64,000 nucleotides of DNA from Rhodospirillales bacterium (lineage in GTDB: Bacteria; Pseudomonadota; Alphaproteobacteria; Rhodospirillales; UBA2165): positions 13,666 through 77,665 of the forward strand of contig JAYGEG010000067.1 of NCBI GenBank assembly GCA_046582495.1. Reading direction: 5' to 3'. The notes under the pieces are model-generated. The model did no database searches. It worked only from the letters and a program-made list of their open reading frames with translations, and was not told the origin of the DNA. The position numbers and the translations under genes were made by a program. The first letter of the stretch is position 1. Every line of letters begins with the position of its first letter. Positions 38,415 to 47,340 of this stretch are shown one piece after another.

Positions 38415-39428
38415 TTATTTAATGACTTGCGGATTGATCGGAGAGCCGGTACCGCGCGATATCACCAGAGGCGGTGCACACAGGAAAAACTCATAGACGC
38501 CGTCTTTAGCACAATCCGCAACAAGTTCGCGGAGATACCAAATTTCGCCGTGAACAATGCCGATATAGGGGATTGTCACCCAATGCCAAGGCTGGTTCGT
38601 GCCATCGACTGTTTTGTTGGGTCGTACTTCGATGCCCCAGGTGTCGGAGCAAATACCGGCAATCTCTTTTTCATGGATCCAATCGACGGTTTCGAAGGCC
38701 AGTCCCGGTGCATCGCCGCCGGCATAGCCACCCCATTCACCGCGGTCGAGGCAGTCGGCCATATGGCCGGTGTTAAAAATAACAAAATCACCGCGCCGAA
38801 CTTCGACACCTTGCGCCTTGGCCGTCCGGTTGAGGTCATTGATTGTGATGCCATAGCCGTCTGCCAAGCGATCTTTCTTTTTATAGCGCGCCACATCAAG
38901 CAGCACGCCACGACCGACCATCTTGTCGGCAAATTTCTCGATACCATTTCTGTGCGCGCCCATCGAATCGACCAGCGCGGCATCGTAACCGTTCCACATT
39001 TTATCACCGGCAAAAACATGGGCCAGCGCATCCCATTGACTGGCACACTGAGTTGGCAAATTGATAAAATCATCGGCATAACGTAGGCCAACGGTTTTAT
39101 CCTGTCGACCTGCTATTGCATCGGTGCCGGTTGCCATCATGTGATGCAAGGGATTCCAACGACCACCGAACAATCCATTTTGTGGACCTTTTTCATCCAG
39201 TTCCAAGCCGAGCCGGAAAACCTTGCCTTTTTTGATCAGTTTCGCGGCATCAACAATATCTTGCGGTGTGATGTAGTTGAGCACGCCCAATTCATCGTTT
39301 TTGCCCCACTTGCCCCAATTCGACAGCTGTTTGCCTTTGCGAACGACATCAGCCTTCGTCAGGCCTTTCTTTTGGCCTTTCTTTTGGCTTTTCTTCTTAG
39401 CTGGCTTTTTGGCAGGTTTTTTGGCCAT
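38415..39428 (-). CDS. cyclase-family protein (long subtype) with a Lys-rich N-terminal tail
   Basis: The core resembles putative cyclases (QWDALAHVF..., GVLLDVAR). The N-terminus is [22 protein letters not shown]. Confidence 0.7.
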   Translation of the reverse strand: MAKKPAKKPAKKKSQKKGQKKGLTKADVVRKGKQLSNWGKWGKNDELGVLNYITPQDIVDAAKLIKKGKVFRLGLELDEKGPQNGLFGGRWNPLHHMMATGTDAIAGRQDKTVGLRYADDFINLPTQCASQWDALAHVFAGDKMWNGYDAALVDSMGAHRNGIEKFADKMVGRGVLLDVARYKKKDRLADGYGITINDLNRTAKAQGVEVRRGDFVIFNTGHMADCLDRGEWGGYAGGDAPGLAFETVDWIHEKEIAGICSDTWGIEVRPNKTVDGTNQPWHWVTIPYIGIVHGEIWYLRELVADCAKDGVYEFFLCAPPLVISRGTGSPINPQVIK

Positions 39429-39601
39429 CGTCTCATCTCCCTTGGATCATATTCATTGATGCTTTTTGTGCAGTCTATGTCAGCCTGAATTCGCTGTCGA
39501 GAATTAATGATCAAGTGCTTACTTAGAGGTAGGTGTCTTGTTGTCTGTTGTTCAATTGTGTTTTATAAGGCCTTTCAGATAACAATGTAGGCTCGTTAAA
39601 A

Positions 39602-41005
39602 ATGACCGATTGGATGGACCGCCCCCTCGCCGATATGGCCCAAGCTTTGCGCGACGGAAATGTGACAGCGACAGAGATTGGCGAAACAGTGATTGCACGG
39701 CATGACGCTTGGGACGAAAAACTGACGGCTTACAAAAATTGGAATGCGGAAAACACACTGGATCAAGCGACGGCCGCCGATCATGCCCTAAAAACAGGTA
39801 ACGACCTTGGCGCGCTGGCTGGCATTCCGATCTCGGTTAAAGACATTTATGGCGTTGAAGGTTTCCCGACATTTGCCGGCTCGCCAAATCAGCTGCCACC
39901 CGAATGGGAGAAAGAAGGCCCGGTTGTGAAGGCCGTTCGCCGCCAGCTTTGTGTCATCCCCGGAAAAACCCACACCGTCGAGTTCGCCTTTGGCGGTCTT
40001 GGCATCAACCCCCATTGGGTCACGCCGCGCAATCCGTGGGACGCTGAAAACCACCGAGCACCCGGCGGTTCCAGTGCCGGCGCTGGTGTCAGCCTCCATG
40101 AAGGCTCGGCGATGGTGGCGTTTGGCACGGACACAGGTGGCTCTGTTCGCATTCCAGCCTCACTCACCGGCAATGTCGGCATTAAAACCTCAAAAGGACG
40201 CTGGTCGACCGACGGTATTGTGCCGCTGAGCACGACTTTTGATACGCCTGGCATTTTGACAAAATCTGTTGCCGATGCGGTTTTTGCTTTCGAGGCAATC
40301 GATGCCAAAAGCCGCCACAGTACTGCTAAAATTCATATCAAAGCGGCGAGCGAAATTACACTCGGCGTGACCACCGATTTTTTCTGGGATAAATGCCAGG
40401 ACGATATCGCCGCAGTCGTCGAGGACACGATTTCTGAACTGGTCAAAGCGGGTATGAAATCTCGCGCTGTCAGCATGCCGGAGGCGCATGAGGCAGTTGA
40501 AGTCATGGCCGGCGGCATCATTGCCGCGTCTGAAGGCTACGAATTCCTTTCAAACGAATTGCCCGAATGGATTGATACACTTCATCCCATTGTCGGAGCC
40601 CGCATGAACACCGGCAGCGATTCTGCGGCCTTTGGATATCTAACCGCCATTCGCCAAGTGCAGCGTCTCTGGGCACGCGCCGATGCGCAATTGGCGGACG
40701 TCGATGTCTTGGCAGTACCAACCATTCCGATCACGCCGCCGATCCTTTCCGAAGTTGAGGAAATGGAGGCTTATGGCACCGCCAACATGCTGACCCTCAG
40801 CAATACCATGGCCGGTAATTCGCTTAATTTGTGCAGCGTCACGATACCAGTTGGACTGGATAAAGCCGGTATGCCGGTCGGGCTGCAATTGCTGACCCGC
40901 CTCCACAATGAAGAAACACTGCTGGCCGTAGCCTTGGCGGTGGAAGCCGTTATCGGCATCCCCGCCGATCGTTTGGGAAAACCTCCTCTCGGTGGCAGCC
41001 TCTAA
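39602..41005 (+). CDS. amidase-signature family amidohydrolase
   Basis: GIPISVKD, APGGSSAGAG and GTDTGGSVRIPA motifs. Confidence 0.85.
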   Translation: MTDWMDRPLADMAQALRDGNVTATEIGETVIARHDAWDEKLTAYKNWNAENTLDQATAADHALKTGNDLGALAGIPISVKDIYGVEGFPTFAGSPNQLPPEWEKEGPVVKAVRRQLCVIPGKTHTVEFAFGGLGINPHWVTPRNPWDAENHRAPGGSSAGAGVSLHEGSAMVAFGTDTGGSVRIPASLTGNVGIKTSKGRWSTDGIVPLSTTFDTPGILTKSVADAVFAFEAIDAKSRHSTAKIHIKAASEITLGVTTDFFWDKCQDDIAAVVEDTISELVKAGMKSRAVSMPEAHEAVEVMAGGIIAASEGYEFLSNELPEWIDTLHPIVGARMNTGSDSAAFGYLTAIRQVQRLWARADAQLADVDVLAVPTIPITPPILSEVEEMEAYGTANMLTLSNTMAGNSLNLCSVTIPVGLDKAGMPVGLQLLTRLHNEETLLAVALAVEAVIGIPADRLGKPPLGGSL

Positions 41006-41061
41006 ATTGGTGCCGGGTACATGTTAATTAGTTAAATTATATCAATGAGTTAGGATTTTGA

Positions 41062-41961
41062 ATGTCGTTAAAAGTGGGTATTGTTGGGCTTGGAATTATG
41101 GGCGGTTCCTTCGCCAAAAACTTACGAGAGGCCGATTTCGAAGTTTGCGGATTTGATATTGTCGAAAAAAATGTAGAGGCGCTCGTCGCTTTAGGCGGCA
41201 CAGCCTGTGATTCGCCCAAAGAAGTCGCCGAACAATCAGATGTCGTGATCACCTCGCTGCCGAGTATCCCGGCTTTTCATGCAGTGATGAGCGGTGATGA
41301 TGGCTTCACAGCTGCCAAGAAAGACGGGCTCATTGTCATTGAATGCTCAACGTTACCGATTGCAGACAAACAGGCAGCGCATGATGCGCTCCGAGAAGTC
41401 GGCACAATCTTGATGGATTGCCCAATCAGTGGCACGGGCTCGCAGGCCATCAACAAGGATCTCTCGATTTATGTCAGCGGCGAAGAATCCGCGCACGCAA
41501 AATGCCAAGATGTTTTCAACGGCTTTGCAAATATCAATTTCTACGTCGGGGAATTTGGCAATGGCAGCAAAATGAAGTTTGTTGCCAATCTTCTGGTCCA
41601 TATTCATAACGTCGCCTCCGCTGAAGCCATGGTGCTCGGCATGAAAGCCGGGCTTGAACCGCAAACCATACTCGATGTTGTAAAAGTTGGCGCCGGCGGC
41701 TCGCGGGTGCTCGAGTTGCGCGGCCCGATGATGGTGGCTGACAATTACGATGACGCAACCATGAAAATGGACATCTGGCAGAAGGATATTAAAGTGATCA
41801 GCGAGTTTGCCGCTGACCTTGAATGTCCAACGCCGCTGTTTACCGCAGGGATTGATATCTATCGGTCCGGCCTCGCCAAAGGCATGGATAAACTCGATAC
41901 CGCCTCGGTCTGCCGCGTGCTGGAAGAAATGGCCGGGCTAGAGAGAAAGAAGGAAAGTTAA
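41062..41961 (+). CDS. NAD(P)-dependent 3-hydroxyacid dehydrogenase (3-hydroxyisobutyrate dehydrogenase family)
   Basis: VGIVGLGIMGG Rossmann motif and the HIBADH-type C-domain (GSKMKFVANLL). Confidence 0.8.
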   Translation: MSLKVGIVGLGIMGGSFAKNLREADFEVCGFDIVEKNVEALVALGGTACDSPKEVAEQSDVVITSLPSIPAFHAVMSGDDGFTAAKKDGLIVIECSTLPIADKQAAHDALREVGTILMDCPISGTGSQAINKDLSIYVSGEESAHAKCQDVFNGFANINFYVGEFGNGSKMKFVANLLVHIHNVASAEAMVLGMKAGLEPQTILDVVKVGAGGSRVLELRGPMMVADNYDDATMKMDIWQKDIKVISEFAADLECPTPLFTAGIDIYRSGLAKGMDKLDTASVCRVLEEMAGLERKKES

Positions 41962-41962
41962 A

Positions 41963-42835
41963 ATGGACACACCGCGCGAAAGGCTTCCCTACTCCGCCAT
42001 CATCGACCGGCCCAAACTGGAATTGCCAGGCGGTGCCCGCATGGCCGTCTGGACCATCATGAATGTCGAACATTGGGACAGCACCAAGGCGCAACCCCGC
42101 ACCATATTGCCGCCGCCGATGGGCCAGCCGTTATTGCCAGATGTGCCCAACTGGTCATGGCATGAATACGGCAATCGGGTGGGTTTTTGGCGTCTCAACG
42201 ATATGTTCAAAAACTATGACGTGACGCCGACCCTCGCGATGAACGGCATTATTTTGGAAACTTATCCGCGTATTGCCGAGACCGCGCTCGAAGGCGGCTG
42301 GGAAATCATGGGCCACGGCTATATCCAAGGGCCGATGCATAAACTTGAAGATCAGCGCGAACATATCCAAAGCACGGTCGAGGCGATCAAAGATTTCACC
42401 GGCAAAGGCCCGGTCGGTTGGGAAAGCCCCGGCCTTACCGAAACCATGGAAACGCTCGATATTTTGTCCGACTGCGGCATTGAATATGTTGCCGATTGGC
42501 CGCTTGATGACCAACCGGTGGAACTTAAAACAACCACCGGCAAGCAGATGTTCTCTATACCCTACCCGCTTGAGACCAATGACATTACGATAATGGCTCT
42601 GCAACAGCATTCCTCGGAGGAATTTGCCAAACGCTGTATCGATCATTTTGACCGGCTTTATGAAGACAGTGCCGATATCACGCGCATCATGGGGATCAGC
42701 ATGCACACCTATATTTCCGGCGTGCCGCACCGCTCGAAATATGTCGAGCAGGTTTATGAGCACATCACCAGCAAACCCGATGTTTTGATTTGGACCGGCG
42801 AGCAGGTGATGGATTGGTATAAAACACAGATATGA
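41963..42835 (+). CDS. polysaccharide deacetylase / PuuE-like (NodB-fold) hydrolase
   Basis: WSWHEYGNRVGFWRL and NodB-like blocks. It starts 2 nt after the preceding stop. Confidence 0.7.
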   Translation: MDTPRERLPYSAIIDRPKLELPGGARMAVWTIMNVEHWDSTKAQPRTILPPPMGQPLLPDVPNWSWHEYGNRVGFWRLNDMFKNYDVTPTLAMNGIILETYPRIAETALEGGWEIMGHGYIQGPMHKLEDQREHIQSTVEAIKDFTGKGPVGWESPGLTETMETLDILSDCGIEYVADWPLDDQPVELKTTTGKQMFSIPYPLETNDITIMALQQHSSEEFAKRCIDHFDRLYEDSADITRIMGISMHTYISGVPHRSKYVEQVYEHITSKPDVLIWTGEQVMDWYKTQI

Positions 42836-43518
42836 AAACCCTCGCTTTAATTTTCGGTATCTTAATTTGTCACGCTTCGGATGTTGTTGCTCAAACGGCA
42901 CCCTCACCAGATGAAATCAGCAATTATACCGGCCTCCACGCTGCGGCGGCAAAAGGCGACATTTCTAAAATAATTTCTTTGGATAAATCAGGCAGCGATC
43001 TCAACGCACGTGATGGTTTTGGCCGAACAGCATTGATGATGGCGACCTATCAGAACCATATGGCAGCCGCCAAAGTTTTGATTGCGGCGGGGGCCGATCT
43101 CAATGCGTTCGATAGCGAACGCTACGACATGATCACCATCGCAGTCGTCGCCAATACACTTCAGATGATGAATTTGGCGATTGGCTCCGGCGGCAATGCC
43201 AAACTGATGACCAGCCCCTATGACGGCACGGCACTTATCGCCGCCGCCCATCTCGGCCATGTTGAAGTGGTCCGCAGCCTCATTAAAGCCGGCGCGCCGC
43301 TCGATCACATCAATAATTTAAAATGGACGGCACTGATTGAGGCAATTGTTTTAGGCGACGGCGGTAAAAATCATCAACTCATTCTGCAAGATTTGATCTC
43401 TGCCGGGGCTGATATCAATTTGGCGGACGGCAGCGGCGACACGCCGCTCACATTGGCGCGCAATCGAAATTACGCTGCCATGATTAAAATGCTGGAAGCG
43501 GCGGGCGCAAAGCCCTAG
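42832..43518 (+). CDS. secreted ankyrin-repeat protein
   Basis: Signal peptide MKTLALIFGILICHASDVVAQ. There are 4-5 ANK repeats (TGLHAAAAKGD..., GRTALMMA..., GTALIAAAHLGH..., GDTPLTLA...). ATGA overlap with the upstream gene. Confidence 0.8.
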   Translation: MKTLALIFGILICHASDVVAQTAPSPDEISNYTGLHAAAAKGDISKIISLDKSGSDLNARDGFGRTALMMATYQNHMAAAKVLIAAGADLNAFDSERYDMITIAVVANTLQMMNLAIGSGGNAKLMTSPYDGTALIAAAHLGHVEVVRSLIKAGAPLDHINNLKWTALIEAIVLGDGGKNHQLILQDLISAGADINLADGSGDTPLTLARNRNYAAMIKMLEAAGAKP

Positions 43519-43553
43519 AAACTCACCACAGAATTCATTCAGGAGAACACCAA

Positions 43554-43853
43554 ATGGCTAATCTCGTAAATCTCGTGCACGTGTCATGTGATGCCAGCAT
43601 TCGCGAAGAATTGCTCGATAAACTGTGGGTTAATGTTCACGCCGCGCGCGAAGAAGAAGGCTGCTATCAATTTGACGTATCAGTCCAAAGCGACGACCCA
43701 AACGCGTTCATATTCTATGAAGTCTATAAAGACGAAGCCGCACTCGCCTGGCACAAGGAGCAGCAATATTTCCTCGACTACTTTAAAATCGTCACTGACC
43801 TCGGCGACAAAGTGAACCGTTCCTTTGTCACCTATTGGGTCGAGGATAAATAA
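43554..43853 (+). CDS. antibiotic-biosynthesis-monooxygenase (ABM) domain protein
   Basis: 99 aa with a ferredoxin-like ABM pattern (GCYQFDV...FIFYEVYKDEAALAWHKEQ). Confidence 0.75.
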   Translation: MANLVNLVHVSCDASIREELLDKLWVNVHAAREEEGCYQFDVSVQSDDPNAFIFYEVYKDEAALAWHKEQQYFLDYFKIVTDLGDKVNRSFVTYWVEDK

Positions 43854-43860
43854 TTAACAA

Positions 43861-43891
43861 TGTAATAAAGGTTCCAGGAACCTTTATTACA
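43861..43891. repeat. REP element copy 3 (31-nt palindromic core)
   Basis: TGTAATAAAGGTTCC-A-GGAACCTTTATTACA is identical to the core of the RAYT-flanking REPs. It fills the 38-bp gap between convergent genes. Confidence 0.9.
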
Positions 43892-44785
43892 TTACTCGAC
43901 GAGTTTGCGGTCTATGCCGGCTGAGGTTTCGATGGCTTTACAGACGGCAGATGTGTCGAGATGGCCGAGGCCTTGGGCAATGGCGGAATTAAATTTTTGC
44001 CAGGCTGAGACATAAAGATCGATCGGTGCCCTGACTTCTGCGGCATAGGACGTGATGATGCTGGCGTCTTTCTCATAGACAGAAAACATTGTGCCGCCGC
44101 CTTCGCGGTAGTCACTTTCGGACATCATTTTGCCGCGAATATCGAACATTTTTGAGCCACCGGCACTTTCCTTGATCACCTCGTAGATGAGCTTTGGATC
44201 AAAACCAGCTTTCTGGCCGAGGGTAAAACATTCCGCCGCGGCGGCATTGTGAACATGGACAAGGTAGTTCGCCAAAATCTTCATGCGGCTGCCATCACCG
44301 ACGTCACCAACATAGAAATTACTTGCCGTGAAGCCGTCAAAAATTGACAGGCATTCTTTGTAAGCAGCTTCGTCGCCGCCGATATGACACGACGCCATGC
44401 CTTTGGCCAGCATCGGCGGCGTTGCACTAATCGGCGCATCCAGCATGTTTTTACCACTTTCTTTGAGCGTCGCCGCGACATCAATTTTTTGCTGAACTTT
44501 AAGCGTCGAACACTCGATGACGATCTGCCCCGGTTTATCCGTTTGGTTCAGCTGTTCAACGACATTTTCGACCGCTGCAATAACCGGCAAAGAAAGGATG
44601 ACGACATCCGCCTTTTCTGAAACTTCCGCAACGCTCGCCGCTGCCTCCAAGCCAAACTCATCAAGAGCTTCAATGCATTTGGGATCGAGATCAAAGCCAA
44701 TGACTTTAAATTGTTTTTTTAAAAGAAGCCCCGCGACATTGCCGCCCATAGGTCCCAATCCAATAACACCAACTGTAACGCTCAT
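43892..44785 (-). CDS. NAD(P)-dependent 3-hydroxyacid dehydrogenase (HIBADH family), paralogue of 41062..41961
   Basis: VGVIGLGPMGG. It shares the same domain order, with roughly 40 percent identity by eye to the other copy. Confidence 0.8.
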   Translation of the reverse strand: MSVTVGVIGLGPMGGNVAGLLLKKQFKVIGFDLDPKCIEALDEFGLEAAASVAEVSEKADVVILSLPVIAAVENVVEQLNQTDKPGQIVIECSTLKVQQKIDVAATLKESGKNMLDAPISATPPMLAKGMASCHIGGDEAAYKECLSIFDGFTASNFYVGDVGDGSRMKILANYLVHVHNAAAAECFTLGQKAGFDPKLIYEVIKESAGGSKMFDIRGKMMSESDYREGGGTMFSVYEKDASIITSYAAEVRAPIDLYVSAWQKFNSAIAQGLGHLDTSAVCKAIETSAGIDRKLVE

Positions 44786-45179
44786 TTTACCCCTCCAAAA
44801 GTTAGGTGATTTTCAATACTTTTAATTCTTACTCAATTTTCTTTGGGCGCATTCATACCATTTGCAACGCCCTAAGCAAGGCTTCAGTTTAACTACATTT
44901 TTGGTGCATATACTTGGTTTATTCGATAGCTATGCGTTTCATGCATACCAGAATAAGTAAATTAACAGCAGTAATCCGGGATAATCGGGCGTATATACTC
45001 CCCATGAAACACAGATCAATCATACAGAGATTTTTGGCGCGGCGGCGTTTTTTGACCCGCTCATTTTGGCGTCACACCACTCATTACCGCGGCCATTAAT
45101 ACCCTCGGCAGTGGGCGCGTTCGATTAATCTATCACTATCCAGATAACCGAACGATCTCTTTAAAACGAAAATTAAATC

Positions 45180-46100
45180 TTACTCGACCAGCTCGAACAA
45201 TCGATCCCCTAAACGGGCGCGGTGTTTGGCGACCAAGGGCGTAACCGCATCCTCGAAGGCCCTACGTTCGTCATCGCTTAACCTCACGATATCGTTTTCA
45301 GCTGGATCAAGAGCGTTCATGACCTCGTCGTCTTCGGCTTGAGCAAAGCCTCGTTGCGCCACAGTTGCGACATCGACTGAGGCTTGAACGGCGTCTTGGA
45401 TCTCGGCCGGCCAGGATTGATACATCTCATTATTAACCATCACCAACACCATTCCAAAGAAATGGCCGGTCAGGGTAATGTGACGATGATACTGATAGGT
45501 GCCAAAGCGGTAGGTGTTGGTCAGCGGATTTTCCTGGGCATCAATCTCGCCGGATTTTACTTTTTCAACGAGATCAGCGACATCAACAAAAGTCGGCTCC
45601 ATGCCCAACAGCTTAAAAAACTCCTGGTGGACCTCAGAATTCATCGAGCGCATTTTCAAGCCGGCGCAATCGGCTGGCGTGCGTATCTCTTTGACACCAT
45701 TGGTAAAATGGCGAAAACCGTTATCCCAAAAGCCCAAAATTCGAACGCCCATTTCAGCAAGAAACTTTTCTTTCAGCAAATCACCCAATTCGCCGTCAAG
45801 CGCTGCGTAGGCTTTGTCCCGGCTTTGAACAACAAACGGCAGATCAAAGATCGCCACTTCCGGCACGCGCTCCGCCATGTAGCTGGAGGCGAAATAACAC
45901 ATCGTTAACTCACCGGCTTCGACCAAATTGGGCAAATCAATGGCTTGGATGCCTTTGGTTTCACACATATTGCCATCCATTTTGTAGCTCACCACATCAC
46001 CCACACGCTTCGCCAATTCTTCGCCAAAAACTTCAGCGGCACGATTATGGACTGAGGTCGGGGGCTGGTAGCCGCCTAATTTGATTTTTACAGGGCTCAT
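45180..46100 (-). CDS. DctP-family TRAP solute-binding protein homologue without signal peptide, orphan
   Basis: DctP-like blocks (KIKLGGYQPPTSVHNRAAEVFGEEL..., FWDNGFRHFT). The protein starts directly at the mature-domain position with AAGGAC 7 nt upstream of the ATG. There is no adjacent dctQM. Confidence 0.7.
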   Translation of the reverse strand: MSPVKIKLGGYQPPTSVHNRAAEVFGEELAKRVGDVVSYKMDGNMCETKGIQAIDLPNLVEAGELTMCYFASSYMAERVPEVAIFDLPFVVQSRDKAYAALDGELGDLLKEKFLAEMGVRILGFWDNGFRHFTNGVKEIRTPADCAGLKMRSMNSEVHQEFFKLLGMEPTFVDVADLVEKVKSGEIDAQENPLTNTYRFGTYQYHRHITLTGHFFGMVLVMVNNEMYQSWPAEIQDAVQASVDVATVAQRGFAQAEDDEVMNALDPAENDIVRLSDDERRAFEDAVTPLVAKHRARLGDRLFELVE

Positions 46101-46210
46101 TGAGCAGGTCCTTATTTTTCATTATGAAGTCTTATATAAGAGTGTTTAGTCAGCGGCAGCGTTTATATCAACCCTTGATCTACAGAGGGGATACACTTTT
46201 CGATGAGATT

Positions 46211-46708
46211 TTATTCTTCATCGACCAATTGGAGCGGCTGTTGATAGAAACTGATGAAATAACGTTTGTCAGGTGTCCACCAACATTGTTCCTGATCGGG
46301 AACTATTTCAATGAATGAGCCAAAATTAGAGAGAGAGTATTTTTGAGTACAGCCAAGCCAGGTAACCAATGCTGTATTTTTAAAGAATTCAATAGGACCA
46401 ATTTCTGTACGTTCGGCAGATAGGCCCGTTTGGTTTTTCAAAAAACAATTGCCCACGCGATCGTGTCGGCACTTGGTTTCATTGCTGTTGGTGATTTTGA
46501 CATGATGAACAATACCATCAACGACCTGAAAACCATCATCATCCAACATACGGCAGTCATCATTGGGGGGTATTTGACTGTGGGCAAATTCACAACGAAA
46601 CCAGACACCCTCCAGCACATTTGATGACTCCGCAGCCCTTAGCGGCTGGGATGCCAATATTGCCACCGCAACGACGAGTAATTTTAACAAGACCTTTGAA
46701 CAAATCAT
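46211..46708 (-). CDS. hypothetical secreted Cys-rich protein
   Basis: Signal peptide MICSKVLLKLLVVAVAILASQPLRAA and 6 Cys in the mature part. No family recognised. Confidence 0.5.
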   Translation of the reverse strand: MICSKVLLKLLVVAVAILASQPLRAAESSNVLEGVWFRCEFAHSQIPPNDDCRMLDDDGFQVVDGIVHHVKITNSNETKCRHDRVGNCFLKNQTGLSAERTEIGPIEFFKNTALVTWLGCTQKYSLSNFGSFIEIVPDQEQCWWTPDKRYFISFYQQPLQLVDEE

Positions 46709-46757
46709 TCTATAAATATAGTAGAAATAGAATGTGACTGAAATAGGGAGAAAAAAA

Positions 46758-47156
46758 ATGGCGATCGAGCGCATCAATCCACCGGAAATCTATCTACCGA
46801 ATAAGGGCATTTATACTCAAGTTATTAAAGCAACAGGCAGCACGCACGTGTTTTTGGCCGGCATTGTGCCCTTCGATAATGATCAAAACATCGTCGGGCT
46901 TGACGACATGCACGCCCAAGTGAAACAGGTGCTGCGTAATATTGAACACGCGCCAGTCGCCGCCGGTGCAAAGCCATCCGATGTTGTACGCATTAATGCG
47001 CTTGCCACCGATGTTGATCTTTATATCCAAGAAGGTGCGCCGCAGGTCATCGCTTTTTTTGGCGACACAAAACCAACATCGACGACGTATCAGGTTCAAA
47101 GGCTGGTTCATCCCGATTGGCTTATTGAAATTGAAGCAACCGCAATGGTTGATTGA
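46758..47156 (+). CDS. RidA/YjgF/L-PSP family reactive-intermediate deaminase
   Basis: MAIERINPP...YTQVIKATGSTHVFLAGIVP...IEIEATA. GGGAG RBS. Confidence 0.8.
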   Translation: MAIERINPPEIYLPNKGIYTQVIKATGSTHVFLAGIVPFDNDQNIVGLDDMHAQVKQVLRNIEHAPVAAGAKPSDVVRINALATDVDLYIQEGAPQVIAFFGDTKPTSTTYQVQRLVHPDWLIEIEATAMVD

Positions 47157-47340
47157 CCTAGAAGCATTAATCTTAATAACCAAATCACATTTTCAGATTA
47201 ACCTTGATCTCGGTTTCGTGATCAAGTTACAGTCACATATTGAGTACTTAAGTTACCCAGCGGTTGTCAAAAATGAGATTAAACTCAGGCAGCGCGCGGT
47301 TTGTTTATCGTTTTATCAATCCACACAAGGAGAAAATGGT

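Noticed and set aside
47205-47228. CTTGATC-N10-GATCAAG inverted repeat between ridA and the LIV-type binding protein gene
   Set aside because: It shares only a TGATCA half with the 14-bp motif. As a single occurrence it could equally be a weak hairpin, so it was not promoted to a finding.
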